Origin: Psammoneis japonica
Lineage: Eukaryota
DNA length: 64,000 nucleotides
Direction: 5' to 3'
Assembly (NCBI GenBank): GCA_008632985.1
Contig: QPGO01000103.1
Span: 124,001-188,000, forward strand
The number at the start of each line of letters is the position of its first letter. The first letter of the stretch is position 1. Under the pieces are notes generated by a model. It worked only from the letters and a program-made list of their open reading frames with translations. It did not search any database and was not told the origin of the DNA. A program made the translations under genes and the position numbers. Of the stretch, positions 12,676 through 25,420 are shown one piece after another.

Positions 12676-13135
12676 GGTGAGAAAAAGTGCCGACGGGTTT
12701 TTGGTGGCCAGCCGCCAGCCGCCGATGAAAAGCGCGGCAGTTTTCTGAGCCATCTGATTGGCTCATCCACCAGCCACGTAGAACTTCCGTAGGAATCTAC
12801 GTCACGATCCTCCAATCGGAGGATTGACTCAGTGGACTAAAACCAAAGCAAGCAATACAATGGTACGGTAAGGCCAGAATCAACCGCTATTCGAGAATTC
12901 GAGAGATCCGAGAGATCTCTTGCTCCGATACTATTGTAAACCAAATGTATGCGACAACTACCTGACACTAAACGAGGGAGTGTTAGTAAACAAAGACACT
13001 TTCAACTTCGAAAAGGCGCTTTCTCTCTTTCGAGAGGATGTAAAGCCAAAACATGGTCTCGATTTTACTCTTTCATTTCTTGAAAAAATAATCTAAGACG
13101 CCAACTTATGCCACGCTACTGTATGTAAAACTGCG

Positions 13136-13687
13136 CTACACAATCAGATCATAATCAGAGGTGTTTCGATTTCGGATTTTCGCCATCACTTGTTTCCATT
13201 CGTCTCGACCGGTTTCCACAAGTTCAAAAAAGTATGCCGCGGACCCAATCAAAACAGCAACCAGCACGACATCAATGTCTACCTTTTTGATCTTCCAATC
13301 GTATAAAACAATGGACGAGTCCAATGTAAAGTACACCGCAAGAGCCAGTTCAGCATGGAGTATAATCATTTCCTTTTTGCTAAGCGGCGTTGCGTTGTTC
13401 CCTTGCCGAATCCACCAAGCTTTCAATCCAACTTGGACTACCCAGACTATTGTTGTTGCAAAATCGTACACGATATAAGAAGCCTTGGCAAATCGTCGAG
13501 GATGGGAATCGACTTCGGCATACAAGCTTGTCAGGACCATAAACAAGGAAGACCCAAAACACAAAGCATTCAGAACAAACCACGGAAAGGGGTTCTTTTC
13601 TGGAACCAATTGTGACAAGGACGGACACATTTCCATTTCATCTGAGTCTGCAATACAAGCAGTACTTCGATCAAAGCAGCAAGGCAA
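13136..13687 (-). CDS. Hypothetical membrane protein (~4 TM)
   Basis: 183-aa ORF with four hydrophobic stretches. True start uncertain. Confidence 0.6.
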   Translation of the reverse strand: MPCCFDRSTACIADSDEMEMCPSLSQLVPEKNPFPWFVLNALCFGSSLFMVLTSLYAEVDSHPRRFAKASYIVYDFATTIVWVVQVGLKAWWIRQGNNATPLSKKEMIILHAELALAVYFTLDSSIVLYDWKIKKVDIDVVLVAVLIGSAAYFFELVETGRDEWKQVMAKIRNRNTSDYDLIV

Positions 13688-14058
13688 TCACGAAACAGCT
13701 GTAACAAACCCTTGTGTTGGTGTGTTGGTGTCGAAAAATCAAAAAATGAGAACCAAAAAGATTTTCCGTCTGTGCTCGTCCGTGCAAATGGGAACCCGAT
13801 CCGCCCGAAGTCACGAGCTATTCTGCAGCCATAAAAAAGTATGGGGATTGACAAGCCATTCAGCCACCGTTAAGTACATGTGACGCAAGCCAGAAACACG
13901 TCACTCGTTTCAGACTTGCCTCGTGACGTGTCCATGACGCGATGCTTCGCTCGCGGAACAGTGGATGGAGAAAAAAACCGCTCAAATCACTTTCTCGCCA
14001 AGTGCGTCTTCACCAGTAAGATCGAAGGAGGAAGGAGAAAGGTTTGTTTCATAAATCA

Positions 14059-17000
14059 ATGAAGGCAGCGGATACCAAAGTAGCAAAGTTGTCTTCGGAT
14101 GAAACGATAAAGGTGACGAAAATGAGTGGAAAGGAAGGCTACGTCAACAAGAACAAGACTACGAGGAAGGTTTTGGGCCATGCCACTGGCGTGGATGTGG
14201 TGAGTGATGTGTGACACGAGGACCGCAGGACCAAACATCACCAGCAGAGACCTCTAACACTTTTCTACTACTTTTCCTTTTATCACTTGAAGGTGACGGG
14301 AAAGACCAAGGTGGAGTACTTTCTAGACCCAACGCTGATTATAAATGAAACAGGGAAGAGAGAATCTTCATACGAATCATCCCAAAGAAGAGGTCCGACA
14401 ATGAAGAGATCTTCTTCGTCTCTTGATTTGTCAGAAAAGGATTCAACGATGTACTCCTCAAAATTCCTCTACATGCCCTGTGCTATCGTGAAGACGTTGG
14501 ACGATGAAGTTGATGGCGTGCCCTCGACGCCGGACGCTGTACCAGCTCTTGTAAAAACCTCTGACGGAACGCTTCACAAGATTAGTGACTCGTCAAACCT
14601 CATTCCGTTGCGATCTCCGGAAGATTACATTGGAGTGAGTGATTTGTTGCACCTACCACATGTCACTGAAGCAAGTCTACTACACACGTTGCGCCTTCGT
14701 CACAAGCGCGGCGATATTTACACAAGTGCCGGCCCTGTTCTTATCAGCGTCAACCCGTACAAAGACATTGTCTCTGGCACTGGAGAATCAATTTACTCGG
14801 AAGAAAAAATGATGATTTACCGCCAGAAGGGAGCTCAACGCATGGTTACGGCATCCAGAGTGCAGGATCAACTCCCTCCTCATGTTTTTGATGTGGCAGA
14901 TCGAGCCTACGCGAGACTCACCGCCTCCGCCACCAACATGAAAGAAGCTGACGACACGATCAACTCTTCCGAGAACGAATACGGCGTTGGATGCAGTCAG
15001 AGTATCATTATAAGCGGGGAGAGTGGGGCAGGCAAGACCCACGCGACCAAGGTCATTATGCAATATCTAGCTCGAATCACCTCGGAACACCATTTGTCCG
15101 AGGATACGGGCAAGTTTGCGGCGTCACTCGAGGAGCGTGTCTTGTCCTCCAATCCTCTGTTGGAATCGTTTGGTAATGCCCAAACGCTGCACAACGATAA
15201 CTCCTCTCGATTCGGCAAGTACATTCGCATATCCTTCTCCACGACGAGTGGTGCGATGATGGGTGCCAGCATTACCAACTACCTGCTTGAGAAGACTCGT
15301 CTCACGACGCAAGTGGAAGGAGAAAGGAACTTTCATATTTTCTATCAGCTCTTGGCAGGACTAGAAGAATCGAGGTTGGAGGAGCTCGGACTGAACGCGG
15401 GGGCTTCGACGTTTTACTACCTTACCAATCGTGACTACACAAAGGCTCGCAGAGACAAACCGGCCTATGAGGAGACCAAGAGGTGCCTCGACAACATTGG
15501 TCTTTCCGCAGAAGAGCAGAAGGAAGTGTTTGAAATCGTGGCGGCCGTGCTGCACCTTGGAAATGTTGAGTTCGAAGAGAAGGGAGACCAAGTTGACGGA
15601 AACAGCGGAGAGGAACACGATAACGCTCAAATCGCTGGGGACTCCGGTGCGACACTTGACAAGGCATGCAAGTTATTGGGTCTCGAGAAAGATGCCGTGG
15701 AAGCTGCCATGCTCACCAAGCTTATTACCGTCGGAGGAAAGACTATTCATAAGCCTCAGAATGTCACTCAAGCCTACGACAAGCGGGATGCATTCGCGAA
15801 GCTCACTTATTCGAGTCTTTTCGAGTGGCTTGTCAAACGCGTCAACGAGACCATTGTCGAATCTTCTCCATCCGCGGATCCAGATGCAGAGGTCGCTGAC
15901 CGGCCAAAGCCAAAAGAGAAGGTTGGGTCGATTGGAGTTTTGGATATTTACGGATTTGAAAGCTTTGACACAAATGGCTTTGAGACCCTTCTGATTAACT
16001 ACGCAAACGAGCGCTTGCAGCGGCATTTCAATCGCCATTTGTTTGAAGTTGAGCAGAACTTGTACACTTCAGAAGGTGTTGATTGGGCTCATATCGATTT
16101 CAAGGATAACTATCTGTGTTTAGAACTTATTGAAGGTGGACAAGGCAAGAAAATGGGATTGTTGAGCACTTTGGATGATGCTTGGGATGGAATGGGAAGC
16201 GTGTCAGAAAAGAACGACAAATTTGTGAGCCACCTACACCATCTCTTTGGTGGACAGCAGTCACGCTCTGGCGGGAAAAAGAAAGGTGAAGAAGGCGTGC
16301 GACATCCTCATTATATTACGCCGAAGTTTGGAAACGATCGCCAGTTTATAGTTATCCACTACGCTGGAGAGGTAAGAATGACAATTTCGTGTGCCGGGAT
16401 ACGATGTGGTCTTGCTCTGATACCATGCATATTACATTTTCCGCAGGTTCGCTACACAGCTAATGACTTCGTCGAAAAGAATGTTGAGACGTTGAGTAAT
16501 GAGTTGAAGGATCTAGGCCAAACTTCCACAGGTAAAACGCCTAGTGAGGTCTACGAGTGTACCTTGGATGCAGCCCCTTCTTCCGGCGCTGCCGCGAAAA
16601 GCCCACGTCGATCGACAATCCGGGGAGTCAGTGTCTCCTCTCAGTTTCGTTCTTCCCTCCGTGCGCTCGTGGCTGACCTGGAGGAGACTCAGCCGAACTA
16701 CATTCGTTGCGTCAAGCCGAATCTCACTAAATCTCCTGGAAACTTTGAATCTGGTCAAGTCTTGAGGCAGCTTAGATACGCAGGGATGATGGACATGATC
16801 AAAATCCAGCGTGCGGGGTACTCACTTCGCGAAGAGCACGAACGCTTTTATGACAGGTTTAGCGTCCTATTGACTTCGGAGGAATTGAAAAAGGGAGCAG
16901 GAATAGCACCCATGGTCGACGTCTTGTCAGGATTACTTGGAGCAACGGAAGTGGACTGGCAGATTGGACATTCAAAGATATTTGTTCGACAAGAGCTTGC

Positions 17001-20000
17001 TGATAAGTTGGAGACTTTGGTTCGGCTGCGTGTAGTATCTGCTGCTAGAACTGTTGGACGTTTTGGACGAGATGTTGCACAGAAGCGTGCGTCAATGTTG
17101 CTTACTGCGTGGATGCGTCTCCGTCTCGTGCGACTTCGACAGCAGAGGGAATTCACTGCCGCGTCGAGAATTTGTGCTTCGTATCGTGGACATAAACAGC
17201 GGGAAGTTTATTTGGCGACCCGTGAAGCTGCGATTACAATCCAGTCACTTCAAAGACGGAAGATGGCAGTGAATTTCGTAGACAGACTGCGCGACCCATA
17301 CGGAGACATGACCTTCAAGGATCTCAAGGAACTTGTCGAGACTGAAGAGTCCCGTATGGACGAGGCCATCAAATCGAAGGATTTCCGCAGTGCTGCGGAC
17401 ATTGAGAAAAAACTGTAAGTCATATGCTTTGTATCACATCCACTTGCGACTATCCTGTAGCGCACTCTCACATAACGTATTGCATCAACAGGGAGCCTCT
17501 TCGGAAAGCAATGGAAGAGAAGCGCCCTTTGACTAGGGCTTTGCTGGAGGAAATGATTGAGGACGTCCAGAAGCGGATGGATGACGCTTTGCAGAGGAAA
17601 GCATTTTCAGAGTGTGTGCCACTCCAGGCGCAACTCGACAGCTTGACCGCGAAGCGATCGGAGGTTCCCACAGTGGCGGAATTCCGGGAAAGAGTGCGTG
17701 AGGCTGAAGCCGAAGCTGCAGCGGCTATCAATCGGAAAGACTTTGCTGTGGCGGCTTTAGCTCAGGAAAAGGTCGACGATCTGAGAAAACAACTAGAAGA
17801 TTTGCTGACGGTCGAAGGAGGCGAGGAGGCTTCTCATTTTCAATCGAGAGCTGAACTCGAAGCCGAAATTGACGTCCTGACTGGTGAGCTTGAATCTGCA
17901 GTACAATCGAAAGACTTTGCCGCGGCTGCTGCTTTGCAAGAGAAGGTGGACAAACTGAAGCTTCAGAGAGATTCTCTACCAAGTATTTCAGACCTTGAAG
18001 CACGGCTTTCACAGCTGAAGGATGACATGGAAGCTGCCGTTGCTCGTAAAGATTTCAAAGGAGCGGGCACGCTTCATGAACAAATCGAACAAATGGAAAA
18101 GACTATACAGACGGAGAAGGGCAGAGATATCGGCATCGCTACCGGAGCTCAGGAAAGTAAGGGTTCCGGATCGACTGTAGTTTTGCCGTCTGGAGAATCA
18201 AAACAGATACATTCACGACTTGAGCTTGAACAAGAAATCGTCAGTTGCTCAGATTCGCTGTCCAGGGCTGTCAAGTCCAAGGATTTCAAGAAAGCAGGGC
18301 AAGTGCAGTCTTGCCTGGACGAGCTACACCAAATGCGTTCTGTTTTTCCTAATCTCCAGGAATTAGAAGATTCGAAACTGAAAAGTAAGATAGCAATGGA
18401 GAATGCTGTATCGACAAAGAATTTCGCTCTTGCAGACAAACTCCATCAAGAGATTGAAGATATCGAGAAGAAGATTTCTCGTGAAAGAAGCCAATCTGAA
18501 ACAATTTCTCGCGTCGGAGCGGGTGCTGCTGATGCCTTGAGCAGAACGACGGAAACTCCCACTAGAGTTGTGTCTGTCTCTTCCAAACCCAAGGTTATCG
18601 CTGACACAACCAGACCGGTCTATAAGCTTCGTCCTCGAAAACCAATCATAACAAGTCCCATCGACTCGGTGCTGGTGGTTTCTCAGACAATCACGAAAGC
18701 ACGGGGACACGCGGCACTCATCAAGCTCCCGGAGAAAGGATACGCCGGAGTCATGACTCCTCACCATGTTGTGGAGCGGGTTGTCGCCAAAGGACTCGAC
18801 GCCGCGTCAATACCCGTGGCATCCATCATGAAAACGAAAAAAGCCGTAGCCTTGACTGACTCAGCTGGGGAGGCGTTGACGAACATGCTCGAAAATCGCC
18901 ATCGATACCTACCGGTTATGGACGATGGCGGTGCCTTAGCCGGTATTCTTGACATTGGTCAATGCCTCGGAGACGCCATTACCAAGCTAGAACAGGCGAA
19001 TACGAAAACTAGTAGTGCGGCGGAGGATGTCGTGAAGCAGATGGCCACTCTTCGAGGTGCCTCGCACGCACACGCTGAGGCCGTGAAAGCACTTCTTGCA
19101 CCTGTTTTGGAGCAAGCTTTCGGCGAGAAAGTGTCCCCAACGCTTAGAACACTACTCGCAGGTAAGCCTTCAACAATTGTGAGTACTAATACTTCCGTCC
19201 TCGCGGCATCAAAGCTTATGTCAGAGGCAGACAAAGCCGCACTCGTGGTAGACAACGGGGAATTGATTGGGATCGTTACAGTGAAGAATCTCATGGAACG
19301 CGCCGTTGCGAAGAAAGTACCAATGGATGCAACTCCCGTGACTTCAATCATGACACCGCATCCTTTGCATGTCTCCCCTGATGTGACTAGCTTAGAGGCA
19401 CTTCAGATCATGCATGAGGATCACGAACTGGCGTTGCCTGTCTGTGAAGATGATGGCACCGTTATCGGATCGGTTGACGTCATGGACGTAATTTTCGGAT
19501 GTGGTGGTGCTGAAGGATGGAGAGCAATCTTTGAAAGCTCTAACGAGTGCCCTGAAGATGCTTCAGATGCCGCATCCTCTGTAACATTTGACAGCAAAAT
19601 TAAGCTGCCAGTGTTCGCACCGCCTCCTCCGGCAACACCCGTGAGTGTTAAACAGAAGAAAGTTAACTCGCGTCCGGTGTACAAGCTACGACCCAAGAAA
19701 CCGATCATAACTAAGCCCGATGATTCGGTAATGACAGTCGCCAAGACTGTCACGGCCATGCGAGGTGACGCAGCTCTCATCAAGCTGCAACAACAAGGAT
19801 ACGCAGGAGTCATGACTCCTCACCACATCACGGATTGCGTCTTGTCCAAGAATCTTGACCCTGCGACGACGCCTGTTTCAGCAATCATGAAAACGAAACA
19901 GGCTGTAGCCATGTCGGACTCGGCGGGCGAAGCCTTGAGCAACATGCTTGAGAATAAGCATCGCTATCTCCCAGTGATTGATGATAGCTTTGACTTGGTT

Positions 20001-21101
20001 GGTATATTGGACATCGGTCAATGTCTTGTTGACGCCATTTCTCTGTTGGAAAAAGCACATGAACCTACCAATAAAGTAGCTCAAGATGTCGTCAAGCAGG
20101 TGGCCACGGTAAATGGAGAGTCGGGTGCACACGTCGAGGCCTTGCAGGCGCTTCTAGCTCCTGTGCTGGCGCAAGCTTTTGGCGAGAAGGAACCACCGTC
20201 CTTGAGGGACTTGCTAGAAGGCAAACCTTCAACAGTTGTTGGTCCAGACACTACGGTTCGGGAGGCCAGCATCCTTATTTCGGAGAACGAAAAAGCTGCG
20301 TTGGTTGTCGAAGACGGGGAGTTAATTGGGATCGTCACCGTGAAAGAGCTAATGCAAGAGGCTGTTGCGAAGGACGTTTCACCGGACACCACACCCGTCG
20401 CGGACATCATGACCCACGATCCTGAGCATGTATCACCGGATATAAATGCTTTGGAGGCCCTTCAGATTATGCATACGGACAGAGTGTCGTCATTACCAGT
20501 TGTAGATGGCGAAGGTCATGTTCTCGGTTCAGTCGATGTACTTGACTTGATCTATGCTTGTGGTGATGAGCGTGGTTGGAGGGCGGTGTTTGATAGCTCG
20601 AATGAATGTGATAACGATGTTTCGGAAGCTGCCTCTGCGGACGGAAGATCCGGGAAACAAAGCACACCGAAGACCGCCATAACCATGCCAATGGCTTCGC
20701 CGCAATCAAACGCGAACAAGAGCATCCCTCGTCTTGTAGAAATCCCTGAATCTGGAGGTCAAGCCTCCCCGTCTGGGTCGCATCTTCAGTTCAAAGTGGT
20801 GTTTCCGGACAGGACGCGAAGGTTCCGTTGTGAGCCGAAGCTTAAAAAGATTATGGAATTGATTGGAGGAGACAAGCCGGTCGAGCTGTCTTTCACCGAC
20901 GACGAGGGCGATGAAGTCATTGTGACAAGCGATGAATGCCTTATGGAAGCCATTAGTCACTCAGAAATGTCAGGAAACCAAGCTGTGAAGCTTGTGGCCA
21001 AACCAACCGCCGACAGAAGCTCCTGGTGGGATTCTGTCAAGTCTGTGAAAAGCGGCGTGAATTGGGACACGATGAAATCCACAGTGAAGAAATCTTGGTG
21101 A
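14059..21101 (+). CDS. Myosin heavy chain with IQ motifs, UVR-like helical repeats, duplicated CBS blocks and C-terminal PB1 (class-29-like)
   Basis: Motor motifs ISGESGAGKT, NDNSSRFGKY, LDIYGFE and YIRCVKPN. GT-AG introns 14200..14292, 16372..16446 and 17415..17491 all restore frame. Repeats of 'KDFxxAxxLQ', two CBS blocks beginning RPVYKLRP, and PB1 'FTDDEGDEVIVTSDECL'. Confidence 0.93.
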
Positions 21102-21401
21102 GCACGTTCTCTAGCGAGGCTCTCCACTTTCTCCAATACACATTACGCATTCAATGACGTGCACTCGGCAGACTCATCATGGTTTCTTTTAAACTCTAGA
21201 CATTGCATGAATTTTATTTACTTCAGCTCGTGTCTACATTAGCAGCTTTCCTTGACTCTGCGGACCTCGTAAAAGCTTCGAGTAGGCAACCAGCTGGTAT
21301 TTATTTCTGTCTCGGTGCTTCAAGCAATAAACTAAATCCACGCTGCCCAGTATGCAAAATCTGAAACTGCTACTGAGTCAGTGCTGTTCATTGGCGCCAT
21401 G

Positions 21402-23819
21402 TCAACATTGGAAACGTGTTTGATCTGCCTTTTCCTTTTCTTGTGCTTCATGCGTACGATTCGTTCGTCTAGCTTCCTGAATGTCCATAACTTCCTTTGA
21501 ATATGCCGCCAAAGCCGCATCAATCGCTGTCCACAGTCTTTGTTCTGCTGCGGCGATCTCTGGGTCCATGGATTCTTCTTCTCGTGAGGGCATTGGGACT
21601 TCTTGTTGGGCGGAGGCCGCGACCGGACTTTGATCCATTTCGTCGTGACTAGGCTCAGAATCCTCGTCAGCAGAATTCACTCGTGTCTCCCTCGATTCCA
21701 TCGTTGGGTTCGTGATAGAAGGTCCGGGGGACTTGTCAATGCCCGGTATGCTCTCGTCTGCGTCACAGATCTCCATCGACTCGTCTACTTCCTGCTCCGT
21801 ATTTGTTGCACCAGAATCACAGGATACTTTCGCCGCAATGCTATCCATATCAGGAGTTTCCTCTTGGGTTATCGAATCCAACCTGATGGCTTCGTCGAAC
21901 TCGTTCGGCACAGCAAGTGCATCCTTCGAATGGTTTGACTTTCCGGCGTTCGAGTCGCTCGAAACGGTAACGGCAACCGTTGATGTCACATCCGTATCGT
22001 CAATCTTGTCAAGCTGCAAAGCCGCTGGTCTCTGCTTTTCCAATACAGAGACTTTCGTAGCTCCCAGCAGTCGTAGTTGCTGCAGCCAGTCCTCAACTTT
22101 GGTCTGTTTTGATAGCTTGATTTGAGCCAATGCAGAATAGTACAGCTCCATGTACGCGGAAGGTTTCACCTTTCGGTTGGTGCTAATCTCAAAGTAGCGC
22201 TGCTTTCCCTTCTTTCCCCGTTCGATTCGACAGCCCGTCAACTCTTCCATCTCTTTGCTATCTCGCTGCTTGTTTGCCTCAATCAACTGAACAGTTGGAG
22301 TCATGCTTAGCACTTGTTGGCGCCGGTCGTTCATGGTGACTTCTGGATTTCCAGTCGGTTCCAACTCAACTGGCATTGGATATCCAGTAAGATGCACAAT
22401 TTCCGCGGCTTCCGCGGATGCATTGCGACTAGTATTGGGCAAAGCACAGTAGGATCGTACCAGTGTCCGAAGGGTTTCCACATCGCTCTCCTGGTGTACC
22501 GGTAGTGCTGGTGATGCAGCTTCTGGTTTTGCGTCAGAAACGTCAGAGCTGCCGGATGCCGTGGGCGAAGTCGGTCGTTCGCAATTTGTGCTTTGAAAGA
22601 AACTTGCAGTACTTTCCCGATCTTCCATCTCCTCGTCCTCCTCCAAAAAACCAATGTCACTGGGAAGAACGATACTTCTCCTCTTTTTTCGCTGAGTATG
22701 CGACTCTCCGTCCTTCTGAGCTGATAAGGCGCCGCTTGGCAACAGCAAACTCTGACGTCGGCTCCGGTTTGTCGGAATAGACTCGTGTCCCTCATCGCCG
22801 CTAGGATCCAAGTCGGTTGGGAAGTCAAAGACGCTATTCTTCTCGATATGGTTCGACGACAACTCCGAATGAATGCTCTTTCTCTTTCTCGGACTAGAAT
22901 GGTCACTTGTCGGTGACGACTGCTCTTCGTTCTGCAGAGGAGAACGATTCGGTATCACGTCCTGATGTTCGTTTGCTTGCCTAGCTGTGTCGATAAGAGT
23001 AGAAACGTTTATGCCCATGCTGTTGCGTCGTGCTGCTTTTGATTTGTTATCGGACGACTTTTGCTTTGGAATAAACATGCTTTGTCGCCTCTTTCGGTCT
23101 GCAGACTTGGGAATGCCCGTTTCATCATCGTCGTCATCCAAACAAATCGAGTGCTCTGATTGTTCCAAAGTCTCCGCCTGTTTCTTTTCTATCGTTTGAT
23201 CAATACTTTCTGACGGTTCTAATAGCGTAGCTGGTGACGGGACGTGGCAAAGGCTCTTTCGAGCTGGTTTCTTCAAGAGAGCATTGCTCTCCTCTGGCGT
23301 CGTACTACTCACCAACATTGCGTGTTGCACAAAGGGCGACGACTGCCTACGACGGCTTGAAAACGAACGAGGCGACGGTGGATCAGGAATCGATAAGAGA
23401 TTGGAACAATGATCCAAATTAACGTCGCGTAGAAAATGATCTGGCTTGTTGGATGCGAGTTTCAATGTGCTGCTGTTTTTCATACCGCCCGACGGAGAAT
23501 CGTCGTCGTCAGTATGCGAGTCTTCTGATTTCTGTTCTCTGCTCCTGATACCACCCATAATATTCTCATCATGTTTCATATCTGAATTCTCTGACTTGAA
23601 TGTTTCTGAAGGCGACGACGGAGACTCGGATTTCGCATTGATGGATGATGATTCGGTCAGAACACGACTCTCACGGTTCAATAGCTGCAAAGGTGCTTGA
23701 TGATTCATCAAGCTATGACGACGCGAAACAACATGTTGCGTATGAAATAATGATGACGACGGGCCGGGTAGGCCGGGTAGCGACGGCAGCGCCAAAGATG
23801 AGCGACGCGTTTGCACCAT
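21402..23819 (-). CDS. Hypothetical Ser/Asp/Glu-rich, largely disordered protein (805 aa)
   Basis: Uninterrupted 805-aa ORF with repeated RRxS motifs. No recognised domain. Confidence 0.75.
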   Translation of the reverse strand: MVQTRRSSLALPSLPGLPGPSSSLFHTQHVVSRRHSLMNHQAPLQLLNRESRVLTESSSINAKSESPSSPSETFKSENSDMKHDENIMGGIRSREQKSEDSHTDDDDSPSGGMKNSSTLKLASNKPDHFLRDVNLDHCSNLLSIPDPPSPRSFSSRRRQSSPFVQHAMLVSSTTPEESNALLKKPARKSLCHVPSPATLLEPSESIDQTIEKKQAETLEQSEHSICLDDDDDETGIPKSADRKRRQSMFIPKQKSSDNKSKAARRNSMGINVSTLIDTARQANEHQDVIPNRSPLQNEEQSSPTSDHSSPRKRKSIHSELSSNHIEKNSVFDFPTDLDPSGDEGHESIPTNRSRRQSLLLPSGALSAQKDGESHTQRKKRRSIVLPSDIGFLEEDEEMEDRESTASFFQSTNCERPTSPTASGSSDVSDAKPEAASPALPVHQESDVETLRTLVRSYCALPNTSRNASAEAAEIVHLTGYPMPVELEPTGNPEVTMNDRRQQVLSMTPTVQLIEANKQRDSKEMEELTGCRIERGKKGKQRYFEISTNRKVKPSAYMELYYSALAQIKLSKQTKVEDWLQQLRLLGATKVSVLEKQRPAALQLDKIDDTDVTSTVAVTVSSDSNAGKSNHSKDALAVPNEFDEAIRLDSITQEETPDMDSIAAKVSCDSGATNTEQEVDESMEICDADESIPGIDKSPGPSITNPTMESRETRVNSADEDSEPSHDEMDQSPVAASAQQEVPMPSREEESMDPEIAAAEQRLWTAIDAALAAYSKEVMDIQEARRTNRTHEAQEKEKADQTRFQC

Positions 23820-24095
23820 GGTGGTGGAGCTGTTTGTGCGTGTCGTTTATTCAAAAAAAAGCCAACGGTTTTGTCAAAATCTGTCTGGCGCGCACACGTA
23901 CGACGAACGTACCGCCACGTCAAAATCAAGGAAGAGAGCACAGGAATCTACACCCGATTGTACACTCTGGCGACATAAAACCAACATATTACTGTATGAA
24001 TAGGTAAATACACACTCATGCACATCACACGCATCCAACATCATACATCACGACACAAGAACGCGACGAAGCATCCGAAGCCGTTCATATCCACC

Positions 24096-24491
24096 ATGTC
24101 ACTGCTTCCTTCTGTCGCTAGTCGTCTCCGACTCGCTCATTCTATTGTTGGAAAGAATGTTCGATTCATGTCTGTGGTGAATTTAAGCGACGCGGACGCT
24201 GTGGAAAAGTTCCGCATGATTAATGGCAAGTCTGTCCTGTACTTTACAGCGACATGGTGTCCGCCATGCAAGGCCATTGGGCCAGTCTACGAGACAATGT
24301 CCAAGGAGTATGCATCGGACATTGCTTTTGGAAAAGTAGATGTTGATGACAATGATGAAGCGGCGCTTGATTTCGAGATTAGTTCCGTACCGACCTTTGT
24401 GTTTTTTGACGGTGAGACTGCGATTGAGCGATTCAGCGGTGCGGATGAAGGCAAGCTTTCAAGTATTGTGGAAGATCTCAAGAGTAGATAG
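24096..24491 (+). CDS. Thioredoxin, probably mitochondrial
   Basis: FTATWCPPCK active site, cis-Pro motif SVPTF, Arg/Ser-rich presequence from ATG 24096. Confidence 0.93.
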   Translation: MSLLPSVASRLRLAHSIVGKNVRFMSVVNLSDADAVEKFRMINGKSVLYFTATWCPPCKAIGPVYETMSKEYASDIAFGKVDVDDNDEAALDFEISSVPTFVFFDGETAIERFSGADEGKLSSIVEDLKSR

Positions 24492-24699
24492 AGAGGGGGA
24501 TTAGGAGCGCATCGTGTTTTTTGTGCTTGTCTGAATCACTTTTATGTACGGCGCGTTGTTGGCGTGGCTGTGGCGTTGAGGCTTGAGGCGTTCGTCAGAA
24601 TATACGTAGTGTTCGTTCGCCACAACGTCGTTCAGGGCACGCAAATCTAGGTAAAGCAATGTTAAGATGTTGAGTCCTTTAACTGCATAAACTACTCCA

Positions 24700-25420
24700 A
24701 TCCACTGTTTCTACCGTTCCAACTTTCCTCCAAGGGTGAATCCGTAAGCTACTTCTAGGGCAGTCATTATCCAAAAGCAGACTCTTTGATAGCGAGACAG
24801 CTCCGATACATCAGCAATGCCTCTCTGTGGTCATTAGGCCTTGCAAGAGACGAAGCAGTGTTGTTCTAGACAGTAGCTGTCTTATATGGTTCATGCCCAT
24901 GACAGATGGAAAACGCCGAGAGCCTTCCAAAACTCTACTATCATAATGCCTCCCAGTGCCTGCTCAGTTTCAAGAGCGCCATGCCAATGCTACTGTAGCT
25001 AGTGTCAGTGTTCGGATGAACTTGCGTCGGTATGCAAAACAGCAAAACCTTGGTAAATCATAGAATTTCCAATGCTAACATGTGTTGCAGCAGTGTCGGT
25101 ATGATTCGAGCCGAGTACATTCACTTCCAATGACAAGGGCTTTGTGATGTTACACCAAGGCTTGTCTTTGCTCTCCCAAACTACTCCCTAATTACGCAAA
25201 GCTGAGTCAATATTGTGGCAACAGGCAGCAACCTCGGAATTGGCTTCGCAAAGAATGTCTTCGTATACATTCCGAGCCTTGATTCATGCGCCATTCTCCT
25301 TGTTCCTCCCATAGATTAAGGTGGCTTTCGTGCGTAGCAATGAGAGTAAACTCTAGTTGTTTCATCATAAAGGTGTCCAATACGCCTCGTGCCCAAGTTC
25401 GAAGATGCTCATTCACTGCA
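24700..25420 (-). pseudogene. Degenerate kinesin-light-chain/NPHP3-type TPR-repeat gene
   Basis: Manual minus-strand translation gives TPR-like pieces 'GEQRQALV*HHKALVI', 'VLGSNHTDTAATHVSIGN', 'HPNTDTSYSSIGMALL' and 'HREALLMYRSCLAIKESAFG*', with in-frame stops and frameshifts. Boundaries approximate. Confidence 0.7.
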
